IMG/VR virus record: IMGVR_UViG_3300050821_008607
Coordinates: 1 to 64,000 of that record
Reading direction: 5' to 3' (one strand)
Origin: a virus
Length of the DNA stretch: 64,000 bases
Shown: positions 8,682 to 17,697 of the stretch, piece after piece
How the letters are laid out: each line of letters starts with the position of its first letter
How positions within the stretch are numbered: the stretch's first letter is position 1
Made by a program: the position numbers and the translations under genes
Notes under the pieces: generated by a model
What the model was told of the DNA's origin: nothing
The model's input: the letters and a program-made list of their open reading frames with translations, nothing else
Database searches by the model: none

Positions 8682-8758
8682 CCCCGCCCCGCCCTCCCGC
8701 CGCCGGCCGCACCGGGCGGCGATGCGGCACGCGCGGGCGGGATCGCTCGGGGAACCGT

Positions 8759-9148
8759 TCACTGCTGCTCACCGCCCTCGGTGTACCTGCGCACCGGAAT
8801 CCCGGCGCGCTCGGCGAGCAGCGCGCAGTGGCTGGCGCCGCGGCTGTCGTTGCGGATGAATGCCAGGCACACGTCCGCGCCGAGCCCGACCATGAGGGCG
8901 TTGCGGCGCGGGCCGGCGGCTTTGCCGTGCCACTGCCACAGTGCCGGGTGGGCCTCCTCGGACAGGCCGATGACCCGGTGCGACCGGGTCCACCGTGCGG
9001 CGATCGCGTCGGCTCCGGTCGGGCACGCACCGTGGACGATCACCGCAGGGACCTGCTGGTACACGGCCGTGGCGAGCGCGCCCTCGACGGTGAGCTCGCT
9101 GAGCCAGTCGCGGGAGCCGGTCACCAGGACCCGGAACGGGGCGGTCAC
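8759..9148 (-). CDS. SLOG superfamily (YspA/DUF2493-like) protein
   Basis: RVLVTGSRDW, IVHGACPTGAD, GKAAGPRRNALM, SRGA. Confidence 0.88.
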   Translation of the reverse strand: MTAPFRVLVTGSRDWLSELTVEGALATAVYQQVPAVIVHGACPTGADAIAARWTRSHRVIGLSEEAHPALWQWHGKAAGPRRNALMVGLGADVCLAFIRNDSRGASHCALLAERAGIPVRRYTEGGEQQ

Positions 9149-9429
9149 GAGGCAGCCCCGCAGGTCCCGCACACGAAGCCGGCAGGCGGCGTCCCGTGGC
9201 AGATGCTGCACGCGTCCGCCTCCCAGAACAGGCGCCCCGGTGGAACGCTCAACGCGAACGCCGCCGCCGCGATCTCGTCGGCCGTCCAGACGCGGCGCCC
9301 GTGCTCCGCCTGGCCTGCCGTGTCCGCCGACCAGCCCAGGCCCAGGCGTTCCGCGAACTCGGCCTGCGTCCAGCCGCGGGCGACGCGCAGAGCGTGGACG
9401 TTCTGGCTCACGACCTGTCGCGCGGTCAT
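9145..9429 (-). CDS. XRE HTH regulator with C-terminal zinc ribbon
   Basis: LRVARGWTQAEFAERLG...EHGRR; CSIC..CGTC. Confidence 0.8.
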   Translation of the reverse strand: MTARQVVSQNVHALRVARGWTQAEFAERLGLGWSADTAGQAEHGRRVWTADEIAAAAFALSVPPGRLFWEADACSICHGTPPAGFVCGTCGAAS

Positions 9430-9638
9430 CGCTTCCCGCCCTTCCGCTGCGCCCGCTTGTTGCGCCTGCGGTCGGCCCGGTTCAACGCCGGTGCCGGCTC
9501 GAACGGGCGGGCGGGTTCGGGGCCCAGCCAGGGTGTGACGGTCCACGGGTCGCCGTCGTCGTCGCGGATCACGGTCTCGGTGCGGGTGGGCTGCTGCTGC
9601 CAGGTCACGCCGGGGCGCGGGGAATGCTCGCGGGTCAC
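9426..9638 (-). CDS. Hypothetical protein
   Basis: 70 aa, overlapping start/stop, NRADRR tail. Confidence 0.55.
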   Translation of the reverse strand: MTREHSPRPGVTWQQQPTRTETVIRDDDGDPWTVTPWLGPEPARPFEPAPALNRADRRRNKRAQRKGGKR

Positions 9639-9832
9639 GGTTCGATGCCCATCTGGATCGCGGCGAGTTCGACGGCTTCGGTGACGCTGATGCCGTCTTC
9701 GGAGTTGGCGCGGAGGCGTTCGGCTCGGCGGGCGAGTTCGGCTGCTGCGGCGCGCTGGTCGTCGGTGAACTTGAGCCAGCGGCGCGGCGTCAGGTCGGCT
9801 TCGCTGGGGGTGGCATCTTCGGTGGGGGTCAT
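9635..9832 (-). CDS. Hypothetical protein
   Basis: 65 aa, GAGG RBS. Confidence 0.55.
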   Translation of the reverse strand: MTPTEDATPSEADLTPRRWLKFTDDQRAAAAELARRAERLRANSEDGISVTEAVELAAIQMGIEP

Positions 9833-9944
9833 TTCTGCCTCTTCTCGGGCTCTGGCGGGGTCTCTGGCGGCTTGCGGGGTGACTGGTGGCGCTCCGTGCG
9901 CAGGAGCCTTAAAACGGCTCAGGGAGTTAACTGGTGAGTAACAA

Positions 9945-10418
9945 TCACGACGGGGGCACAGCCGCAGCCGCCTCCCGGGCGCTCCTGGCGTCCGGCCCCA
10001 GCAACCCCGCCTCGTAGCCCGTCACGATCGACTCGAACCGGCCCGAGCAACCCAACGCCGCATACAGCTCCCGCAGACGCCGCTTAACCTGGCGCTCCGG
10101 CAGCGACAACCGCACCGCGACCTGCCGGTCCGTCAGCCGCTCCGAGATCAGCTCCAGCAGCTCCAGGAGCACCGGCGTCATCCCGAACGGCAGCGGCGGC
10201 GGGGCGGGCAGCGGCGACAACACGGCGACGGGCTCGGGCTTCACCGGCGCGCCGTTGCGGGCCCGCTCGTCCAGGGCGACCTCGGCGGCCCAGAGGGCCA
10301 TGAGGTTGAGCTCCTGCACGTCGTAGCGGATCCGCTGCTCGCCGCAGCCCTGGATCAGCCGGGTTTTGATCTTCTGCTTCAGGTTGCCGAGGCGGGACGG
10401 CGTGATGGGCTTCGGCAC
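9945..10418 (-). CDS. LuxR-type HTH transcriptional regulator
   Basis: LLELISERLTDRQVAVRLSLPERQVKRRLRELYAALG..GRF....GYEAGLL. Confidence 0.75.
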   Translation of the reverse strand: MPKPITPSRLGNLKQKIKTRLIQGCGEQRIRYDVQELNLMALWAAEVALDERARNGAPVKPEPVAVLSPLPAPPPLPFGMTPVLLELLELISERLTDRQVAVRLSLPERQVKRRLRELYAALGCSGRFESIVTGYEAGLLGPDARSAREAAAAVPPS

Positions 10419-10518
10419 TTCTTACTCCTCGGTAAGCGGCGAATCTCGTTGGGACGGCATTGCATGGCTGCTGACGGCCGCTCACCCCGACGGCCCGCCA
10501 GGCGGCAGGTGCTCGGGG

Positions 10519-11106
10519 TCAGGCAGCCGAGCCGGAGCGGCAGGCCCACGGCGAGCAGCCGTCCGGGTCGCCGTCCTCGGCCAGCTCGACATCGGCGATC
10601 TCGGCGAAGATGTCGGTCTGCCGGGTCTGCCACTCGTGACTCGCGACCCGGTTGATCGGGGCCTGGTCGAGCGGCAGCCGGGAGCGGTGCAGGTATGCCT
10701 CGCCGAGCAGCGGCTTGCCGTTGGCGTTGCCCCGGGCGTTGCCGCCTCGGATCGCGGCGTCGAACGCGACGGCGTCGGCGAACTCCTCGGGGCGCTGGTC
10801 GCGCATCTCGCGCCACTGCCGGTTGCCGTGGAACGGGCACGTTATTGCGAATATCCGGTAACGATGGCCAGCTGCGTGGCCAGGAACGCGGCTGGAAGTG
10901 GGGCGGTGCGAGGCGTGTGCGGCGGGCTGGGCAACCTCGCGGTCGATCCGGTCGAGGTGGGCGTACACGGGGGCGGGTTCCCACTGGGTGTCGCTGAAGA
11001 TCGCGCCGTCGAGCCTGGGCAGTCGCCCCTCGGCGGCCAGGAGCAGCAGCGTGGTGGATTGCACTCCGGCGCCGAGCGACAGCAGGCGGAGAGTCGGTTC
11101 GGGCAT
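10519..11106 (-). pseudogene. PAPS-reductase-like (adenine nucleotide alpha-hydrolase) phage protein with central part missing
   Basis: LSLGAGVQST..AIFSDTQWEP N-terminus and CPFH...W...P.EF..AV.FD..IR C-terminus joined by about 27 unrelated residues. Confidence 0.65.
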
Positions 11107-11107
11107 G

Positions 11108-11470
11108 TCAGGTCTCCTTCGGGAAGGTCATCTGTCCGGCGTCTTCAGCCGCTTTGCGCCGGGTGGCCGCTGCGGTCTCGCGGTGGTGTTCGCGGTCGTA
11201 GTGCAGGTGGCAGCCGTTGCACATGGCGCGGAGGTTGGGCGGGTCGCAGTTCTCGGGTGTGTGGTCGAGGTGAGCGGTGGTCAGCTGGACGTTGGAGCCG
11301 GTGCCGTAGGCGGGCTGCCCCTGCCGGTTGGGGCAGCGCTCCGCGTGGGTTCCGCGTCCGCACTCGCCGTAGCACTCGCATCGGCCGCCGGCCCGGACCG
11401 TGCGGATGCTGCGGCTGATCGCGGGCCAGTCCTTCGGGTAGCGCTTCCGGTTCTCGGGGCGGATGGGCAT
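11108..11470 (-). CDS. HNH-like protein
   Basis: MPIRPENRKRYPKDW...LTTAHLDHTPENC...NLRAMCNGCHLHYD. Confidence 0.85.
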   Translation of the reverse strand: MPIRPENRKRYPKDWPAISRSIRTVRAGGRCECYGECGRGTHAERCPNRQGQPAYGTGSNVQLTTAHLDHTPENCDPPNLRAMCNGCHLHYDREHHRETAAATRRKAAEDAGQMTFPKET

Positions 11471-11775
11471 CAGGCCCTCCCGGCGTAGTCGCGGCGTTCG
11501 GCTTCGGCGACCAGGGCGAGCAGGACGGGCCGCAGTGGGCTGTCGTTGGGCATGCCGTTCCAGGTTTCGGGTGGCATTGCCCCGGTCCACTGTTCGGGGT
11601 TCTGGCAGTTGATCGGCTGCTGGGTGAGCTGGGCGGCGAGGTCGGGGTAGCGCAGGACTGCGGCGCGGCGTGCGTCGGCTTTGGCGCGGCCTTCACGCAT
11701 CTGGCTCTTGATCCAGTCGATGAGGTCGCCCTCTTTGCGCATGGCGCGGACGTCGCCTTCGTCGAGGAACCTCAC
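11470..11775 (-). CDS. Hypothetical protein
   Basis: GTGA overlap with loader gene stop. Confidence 0.65.
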   Translation of the reverse strand: MRFLDEGDVRAMRKEGDLIDWIKSQMREGRAKADARRAAVLRYPDLAAQLTQQPINCQNPEQWTGAMPPETWNGMPNDSPLRPVLLALVAEAERRDYAGRA

Positions 11776-12506
11776 TGCTGCCCCCTGCGCCGGTCGCTGC
11801 CCTTGAGGACGACGCGCTGGCACATCTCGGTGAGCCGGGAAGCGACGCGGTCGCCGAGGGCCGCGCCGAGCTCGCTGGGCCGGACGTTGGAGGTGAACAG
11901 GGTGGGGCGCTCGGCCTCGTACCGGTGGTTGATCAGCCGGTAGTTGACCTCCTCGGTCCACTCGGTCGCCTTGGCGGCGCCGAGGTCGTCGACGAGGAGG
12001 ACATCGGCCTTGGCGTACCGGTCGAACACGGTCTCGGAGTCGACCTGGTGCCGCGGGCGAAGCGAGGCGTACAGGTCGGCGGCGGAGGTTGCGACCCAGC
12101 GGGCCCGGACGCCGGTGACGGCGAGGTCTCGGATGGCGCCGAACGCCTGGAAGGTCTTGCCGACTCCGGTGGGTCCGAGCAGCAGCAGCGACGGCCCGGT
12201 GTGGACGGCGACGACGATGTGCCGGCGGGAGCCTGCCACGAGTGCGTCGACCCAGGCGTGGATCTCGGGGACGTCGGCGACGGCAGCGCGGTAGTGGCGC
12301 GGGATCTTCTCTGCGCAGACGCCGAGGGCGAGCCGGATGTTGGCGTGCTTGCCGTGCGGATCGCCATCGTCCTCAAGGAGCTGGTCGATGTTGACGCCGC
12401 GTCGGACGAGGACTTCGCCGACGCGATTGGATGTGACGTCGACAGGTGCGGCGTGGCGCGGCCGGGAGTCGTTGAGCATGGCTTCGAATTCCGGGCTGTA
12501 GGTCAT
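11772..12506 (-). CDS. DnaC/IstB-like AAA+ helicase loader
   Basis: Walker A GPTGVGKT, Walker B LLVDDLG, INHRY..PTLFTSN, RVASRL. Confidence 0.92.
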   Translation of the reverse strand: MTYSPEFEAMLNDSRPRHAAPVDVTSNRVGEVLVRRGVNIDQLLEDDGDPHGKHANIRLALGVCAEKIPRHYRAAVADVPEIHAWVDALVAGSRRHIVVAVHTGPSLLLLGPTGVGKTFQAFGAIRDLAVTGVRARWVATSAADLYASLRPRHQVDSETVFDRYAKADVLLVDDLGAAKATEWTEEVNYRLINHRYEAERPTLFTSNVRPSELGAALGDRVASRLTEMCQRVVLKGSDRRRGQQ

Positions 12507-13543
12507 CCGAGTTCCTCGTCGTAAGCGTTCTCGTCGGTGGGGTTCTGGAACGGCGGTCGTCGGCGGCTCTTGGTCTTGAGTGCGTCTTCGGATGCCCATT
12601 TCGCGGATCGGCGCATCCATATCTGCCATTCGGTGTTCCAGTTCGTTTTCCGCGTTCCGTCGTCGCGGTAGTGGTCGATGAACTGGGCGGTCTCGTAGTC
12701 GGGGTCCAAGCCGGGGACGGTGGTCGTCGCCCATCGGCGCATGCCATCGGTGAGGGCGAAGTCCTCGGGGATGGGGTGGCGGCCGTCAGGCCGGGAGCGG
12801 GCGGGAGGCAGCGGCGGGACGGCTACGAGCTCTCGGCCGCCCGCGCGTCCTCCCCCCTTGCTCCCTTGCTCCCTTGCTCCCTTGCTCCCTTGCTCAGGGA
12901 CGAAATGCTCCGGAGGGTTTCCGGAGGGATTCGCGAGAGATTCCGGAACGGCCCACAGGGTGTTCTGACCTGCCCCTTCGTCGTCTTCTGGGTCCTGCTC
13001 GTCCTCGTCGGCGGTTGACGGTGGCGCGTCAGCTTCATGGGCCTCGGAGGCGGCTTCGGAGGGCGCCCAAAGGGCCCCGGAGCGGGCCTCAGAAGTGACG
13101 GGGAGAGGCCCGGGGGAATTCCGGAGGGTTTCGCGAGACTTTCGCGAGCGCTTCACGAACCGCTCGGGGTGCTCCTTGCGCCACACCTCGAAGTCGCCCG
13201 GCTCGTCGTCCGGGCACGGCGGGATCTTGGACCGGGTGGGGTGCGACGGCTTCTGGTGCTCGCGCCAGTTCGGGCAGTGGAGATAGGGCCGCCCGTCGAC
13301 CTCGTATCGGCACAGCGGACCGGAGTCGGCAATCATCTCCAGCCACTCGCTGACAATCTCCGGCGTGATATCGCGATCCCTCGGAAAGCAGTCCGAGGCG
13401 ATCAGCAATTCGTCGTCGACGCCGCGGCCGTAGTCGTCGAGGTAGCCCCAGAGCAGGATGAATAGGTAGCGGACCTCCCGCGGCCACATGGACACGGTGA
13501 CGGAGGTGCGCAGCTCTGGCTTGATGGAGCGGATACGTGCCAC
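12503..13543 (-). CDS. Phage replication initiator
   Basis: MARIRSIKPE...DDYGR...NWREHQK N-terminus, low-complexity repeat-bearing middle, F.DHY....K.NW...WQ.W.R C-terminus; directly upstream of loader. Confidence 0.82.
   Translation of the reverse strand: MARIRSIKPELRTSVTVSMWPREVRYLFILLWGYLDDYGRGVDDELLIASDCFPRDRDITPEIVSEWLEMIADSGPLCRYEVDGRPYLHCPNWREHQKPSHPTRSKIPPCPDDEPGDFEVWRKEHPERFVKRSRKSRETLRNSPGPLPVTSEARSGALWAPSEAASEAHEADAPPSTADEDEQDPEDDEGAGQNTLWAVPESLANPSGNPPEHFVPEQGSKGAREQGSKGGGRAGGRELVAVPPLPPARSRPDGRHPIPEDFALTDGMRRWATTTVPGLDPDYETAQFIDHYRDDGTRKTNWNTEWQIWMRRSAKWASEDALKTKSRRRPPFQNPTDENAYDEELG
12855..13150. repeat. Iteron-like repeats inside initiator gene (putative origin)
   Basis: 5 x CCCTTGCT (12855-12894); TCCGGAGGG(A/T)TTCGCGAGA at about 12920 and 13120. 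Confidence 0.65.
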
Positions 13544-13625
13544 GTGGGTCTTCTTTCAAGGCATGAGCGTCTGGTTGCGGGGAGGGGAGCGGGGTTTTCC
13601 TAAGCGCTTCAGGGCTTCGCTCCCG

Positions 13626-13829
13626 TCAGCCGCCTCGCTCCCGGATCCACCGGATGACGGCCTCCCGCGGGTACCGGACGCGGCCGGCGCGGCCCGGCGT
13701 GACCTTGATGTAGTCCGGCCCTTCGCCGCGGCTGCGCATGCCGGCGAGGGTCTGGAGGGCGAGTTTCGTGATGCCGCTGACTTCGCGGGGGGTGAGTAGT
13801 TCCTCGTTCTCAACTGTGGTGATCGACAT
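13626..13829 (-). CDS. AlpA/Xis-like small HTH DNA-binding protein
   Basis: LLTPREVS.....QTLAGMRSRGEGPDYIK....VRYPREAVIRWI. Confidence 0.85.
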   Translation of the reverse strand: MSITTVENEELLTPREVSGITKLALQTLAGMRSRGEGPDYIKVTPGRAGRVRYPREAVIRWIRERGG

Positions 13830-13932
13830 GAAGGCTCCATTGACAACAGCAGACGCTGTGATGATTGCAGTATATCGGAGTGCTGCGGAGTTGGGCTTGG
13901 GGACTGGGGAGATCGCGTGCAATCCTGCGAAC

Positions 13933-14361
13933 ATGGCCGAGGAGCAACGGAAAACGCGACGCGCCAACGATCTCGGCGAGACCGGCAGGTACCTCGCGCG
14001 CAACGTCGCGCGCATCCGCAACGCGCAGGGCCTGTCCACCGTGAGGCTGTCCCAGATGCTCGACGGGGCCGGGCGGTCCATCTCGGCCACCGCCATCACC
14101 CGCGTCGAGTCCGGCGAGCGCCGCGTCGACGTCGACGACCTGGTAGCGCTCGCCGCAGCCCTAAACGTGAACCCGTCCGCGCTGCTCCTGCCACCCACTG
14201 CAGAGGGCAGCATCGAAGTCACCGGGGCCGGGACGGTGAGCGCCGCAGAGGCGTGGGAATGGATGGACGGCGAGCACCCGCTTTTGGATGCCGACCACGA
14301 GGACACCGTGCTCGGCTTCCAGCTGCACGCCCGCCCGCCCGGCCGACGCAGCCTCGGCTGA
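13933..14361 (+). CDS. XRE-family repressor-like protein
   Basis: NVARIRNAQGLS...AITRVESGERRVDVDDLVALAAALNVNPSALLLP. Confidence 0.88.
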   Translation: MAEEQRKTRRANDLGETGRYLARNVARIRNAQGLSTVRLSQMLDGAGRSISATAITRVESGERRVDVDDLVALAAALNVNPSALLLPPTAEGSIEVTGAGTVSAAEAWEWMDGEHPLLDADHEDTVLGFQLHARPPGRRSLG

Positions 14362-14380
14362 CTCGCCATCGCCCCTCCTC

Positions 14381-14584
14381 TCAGAACCTGTCGTTGTAGC
14401 TACGTGCCGCCCGCTGATCGCGGGCGGCTGTGTCGTTTTCGGCGCAGACCTTGTGCGAGGGCTTCTTGTCGTCGTCGCGCAGGTGGGTTGGCTGGTGGCA
14501 GTGGCGGCACGGGGCTTCGGTCCGTAGCCAGTGCTTGTCGCGGTCGCTCCAGTCCAGGAGCCGCGGCCGGTCGGCGTCGGTCAT
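14381..14584 (-). CDS. Small zinc-binding hypothetical protein
   Basis: PCRHC.QPT.LRD...SHKVCAE. Confidence 0.7.
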   Translation of the reverse strand: MTDADRPRLLDWSDRDKHWLRTEAPCRHCHQPTHLRDDDKKPSHKVCAENDTAARDQRAARSYNDRF

Positions 14585-14778
14585 AAGTCCACCCCGGCTT
14601 TCCGCAGCCAGGCCCGGTTGTTCTCCGCGGACCGGTTGGCACGGCCGGGTGTTGCCGGGATGGTGATCGTTGCCCCGGCCGGGTTGTGGGCCCGGTAGTG
14701 ACCCGACTTGGCGAGCCTCACCGTCCAGCCCTGCGAGCGGAGCCGCCGTATCAGGGCGCGGGTGTCCTTGTTCGCCAT
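14581..14778 (-). CDS. HicA-like protein
   Basis: LIRRLRSQGWTVRLAKSGHY...P.G..ITIPATP. Confidence 0.7.
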   Translation of the reverse strand: MANKDTRALIRRLRSQGWTVRLAKSGHYRAHNPAGATITIPATPGRANRSAENNRAWLRKAGVDL

Positions 14779-15641
14779 CAGCCACCGTCCCGCTCGGGCG
14801 CGAACCGGACCGACAGCGGCAGTTCCTCGCCCGCCCGGTCATGCGTGATCACGATGGAGTTCCACTCGATGCCCATGCGGGTGGCGATCTCCTCGCGGGT
14901 GCAGCCGAAGCCGGCCAGGTGCGCGGTCTCCTCGATGACCTCACAGCTGCGCTCGCCCGGGTTGGGCTTCGCGAAGACGATCCGCCAGGGCCGCGGCTTC
15001 GGCTTGTCGTCGTGGTCGATGTCCGTCCACGCCGAGGCCGGTGCCCAGCGTTCCCGGCGGGCGGTTGCGCGGGCGCGCTTGGCGCTGAGCGCGGGCACGC
15101 CGTGCCGGGTGGGGTCCTCGTCGTGGAAGTCGTCGAAGAACTGGGCGATGGTGCGGTGGTTCCCGGCGAAGATCAGATCGTGCTGGGGGATGCGCGCGAT
15201 GGCCCGTGTCGACAGGCTCCAGCGCCGGGACAGTTCACGGGCGGTCCAGCCGTGGGCGCGCAGGGCCAGGGTGCGGCGGGCGGCTCCGCGCGCCGGGTAG
15301 TCGGCGCGGTCGGCGAGGAGGTTCACGTTGGGGCGGATCGCGAGGACGCGGGTGATGGTCTCGGGGCGCACGTACTCGGTGGCCATGAGGACGGTGATGC
15401 GCCTCTTGGTGACGCCGAGCTGGTCGGCGATGTGGACGTCGGCCATGCCGCCGGCGCGCAGGCCCGCGATGTGCTCGTGCAGCGGGGTGGCGTCGACGAA
15501 CGGCTTCCAGGTGCCGTAGGCGATCTCGCGGTGGCGGTTGCGGGCCCAGGCGGAGGAGAGTTCGCAGCAGTCGAAGCAGTTGCAGTTGTGGGGGTGGCCG
15601 GGCATGTAGGCCTGCCGCGGGGGCCGTGTCGCGGTGGTCAT
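14778..15641 (-). CDS. Phage HTH-containing hypothetical protein
   Basis: CNCFDC, AYGTWKPFVDA, several HTH-like segments. Confidence 0.75.
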   Translation of the reverse strand: MTTATRPPRQAYMPGHPHNCNCFDCCELSSAWARNRHREIAYGTWKPFVDATPLHEHIAGLRAGGMADVHIADQLGVTKRRITVLMATEYVRPETITRVLAIRPNVNLLADRADYPARGAARRTLALRAHGWTARELSRRWSLSTRAIARIPQHDLIFAGNHRTIAQFFDDFHDEDPTRHGVPALSAKRARATARRERWAPASAWTDIDHDDKPKPRPWRIVFAKPNPGERSCEVIEETAHLAGFGCTREEIATRMGIEWNSIVITHDRAGEELPLSVRFAPERDGG

Positions 15642-15869
15642 CGTTCCTGCCTTTCGAGTCGGTACATGGGTGCGCAGAGGAGTCCGCCGAGCCCGTTGAG
15701 GAGCAGCCAGACGGTGCCGATCTGGGCGAGCTGGTGGCCGGTCACCGCGAGCCCCGGCGGAGGAGGCCGCGGAACGTGCCGTGGCGCAGGACGTGGCCGA
15801 CGATCAGGGCGAGGGGGATGGAGGCGGCGGTCCAGGCGGCGAGGGCCTCCAGGGCGGTGATGAGGGTGG

Positions 15870-16058
15870 TCACGGCTGTTCTCCTTCCTGTGGCTGGAGC
15901 CCGATGGCGTGGAGGAGTTCACGGAGGGCCTTGTGCGGGTCCTTGGCGGCGAGGGCCTGGCTGGCGCACCAGCGGCGGGCTTTCTGGCGTTCGGCGTGGC
16001 TGTTGGGGCGGAGCCGCTGGAGCATCGCGCCGCCTTCGTTGCGGATGTCGGCGGCCAT
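15870..16058 (-). CDS. Hypothetical protein
   Basis: MAADIRNEGG...LLHAIGL; TGATG overlap. Confidence 0.55.
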   Translation of the reverse strand: MAADIRNEGGAMLQRLRPNSHAERQKARRWCASQALAAKDPHKALRELLHAIGLQPQEGEQP

Positions 16059-16294
16059 CACGTCCACCAGCTCTCGCCCGCAGCGGCCCGGCGCAGGAGG
16101 TCGTCGAGGTCGTCGTACAGGTCGAGGAGGTCGTCGTGGTGGACGTCCTTGGCCTGCGTGGTCTGTTCCCAGCGGCGGAAGTCGAGCCGGCGGGTGATGC
16201 CGCGGACCGCGGCGCAGCAGGCGCAGCAGCAGCTCACGATGCCCGCGGCGATCAGCGGCACCACGATCCACGCGAACACTCCGGCGGCGATCAC
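16058..16294 (-). CDS. Small membrane protein
   Basis: Hydrophobic N-terminus followed by CCCACC. Confidence 0.55.
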   Translation of the reverse strand: MIAAGVFAWIVVPLIAAGIVSCCCACCAAVRGITRRLDFRRWEQTTQAKDVHHDDLLDLYDDLDDLLRRAAAGESWWT

Positions 16295-16524
16295 GGCCGC
16301 CTCCCGATCGCGCGGTTGAAGCGCGCCCATCCGGCGCAGGCGTTCAGCCAGGCCCACAGCGGCAGGGCGTACAGGAAGCAGAAGACGGTGACGGTGCGCC
16401 ACTTGGCCTCGGTCCAGCCGGGCCAGAAGGCCGCCGCGAGCAGCAGCATGACGATGAGGGCGACGGTGCCGATGTCGCGGAGCGGGTGAGTGAACAGGAC
16501 GTATGCGGCCTGGAGCAGGTTCAT
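16291..16524 (-). CDS. Small two-TM membrane protein
   Basis: Two hydrophobic stretches, 77 aa. Confidence 0.6.
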   Translation of the reverse strand: MNLLQAAYVLFTHPLRDIGTVALIVMLLLAAAFWPGWTEAKWRTVTVFCFLYALPLWAWLNACAGWARFNRAIGRRP

Positions 16525-16573
16525 GGGTTCCCCCGGGTTGGTGCCGGGCGCCGGAGTAGTGGCGCCCGGCGGC

Positions 16574-17281
16574 TTAGGTGGTGACGGCGGCGTGTACGGA
16601 GTCGTGGGCGCGCTGACCGGTGACCGGCGAGGCTTCGACGGGTGGGGCGGCGAGCGCCTCGGCGAGGGGCATGGCGAGCGTCGGCGCGACCTCGGGTGGC
16701 AGTGGCGGTACGGCGGCGATGGTCCAGGCGACGGCGGGGACGGCGAGTTGCTGTGTCGCCTCCGCGCCCTGCCGGAGCGTGCGCACGTCCACGGCCTGCG
16801 TCTCCGCGTTGACGTCCGCGATGTCGTAGGTGGCCGGTGCGTCCGGGAACGGCTCGGCGCGGCGCGAATCCGGTGCCGGCGGCGGGGACGGCTGCGAGAA
16901 GCACGACTGCGGGTCGTCGGCCGGGGCCACCGTCGGGGCGGTACCGGGCTGGCCGTCGCCGTCGTCGAGGAGCTTGTGCAGCGCCTCGTTCTCCCGCGTC
17001 AGCCGCTCGCACTCGTCCTGGAGCTGCGCGTACTCCCGGCTGGTGAAGTCGAGGGCCGCCTCCCACTCCTCCGTGTCGTCGGCGTGCTGCTCCTCGGCCT
17101 GCACCAGTTCGACCCGCAGACTGTCCCGCTCGGTCTCGGCGGTGACGGCCCGGCCCTTCGCGGCGCTCAGTTCGGCCTGCAGGGCGGCCACGCCCTGGAC
17201 CATGGCGGCCCACTCGGCGGAGTGACGCCCCGGCTGACGGACCGGCGCGGGCTTCGGCCTGAACACGGCGAGGAGGCTCAT
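16574..17281 (-). CDS. Coiled-coil hypothetical protein
   Basis: MSLLAVFRPK...GRH; heptad-rich acidic middle. Confidence 0.65.
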   Translation of the reverse strand: MSLLAVFRPKPAPVRQPGRHSAEWAAMVQGVAALQAELSAAKGRAVTAETERDSLRVELVQAEEQHADDTEEWEAALDFTSREYAQLQDECERLTRENEALHKLLDDGDGQPGTAPTVAPADDPQSCFSQPSPPPAPDSRRAEPFPDAPATYDIADVNAETQAVDVRTLRQGAEATQQLAVPAVAWTIAAVPPLPPEVAPTLAMPLAEALAAPPVEASPVTGQRAHDSVHAAVTT

Positions 17282-17697
17282 ACCGCCACCTGCCCGCGAA
17301 CCGCCGCGATGTACTGCTCGGCCTCGCCCGTCAGCCACGCCACGAACTCCGGCCGCGACAACGACACGTAGTGCCGGTGCGTCTCCGAAGCGACCTTCGC
17401 GTAGTGCACCGCCAGGTCGTGGGCCTCCTGCTGCGTCCAGCAGTACACCTCGGCATCCGGGACGCCCTGCTTCAGCTCCCGCCAGGCGGTGCCGTCCCAG
17501 AAGTCGGGGCAGCGCCAACCGGCATTGCTGTCGATCACAGCCCAGTCGCCGATCGCGTTGCAGCGCGTCGCGATGAACGCGGCAGGCCCGGCGGCGTGGC
17601 CCTCGATGGGGTGGCGGGTGCTGGTGGCCAGGGCGATACGAGCCTCGGCCTGCTCGGCGCGGGCACGGGTGGCCCGGACGGCGCGGGTGGCAGTCAT
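17278..17697 (-). CDS. Hypothetical protein
   Basis: ATGA overlap with HU stop. Confidence 0.65.
   Translation of the reverse strand: MTATRAVRATRARAEQAEARIALATSTRHPIEGHAAGPAAFIATRCNAIGDWAVIDSNAGWRCPDFWDGTAWRELKQGVPDAEVYCWTQQEAHDLAVHYAKVASETHRHYVSLSRPEFVAWLTGEAEQYIAAVRGQVAV

Noticed and set aside
11772-12506. IstB-like ATPase as part of an IS21 element
   Set aside because: No IstA transposase or terminal repeats; its position after the initiator indicates a helicase loader
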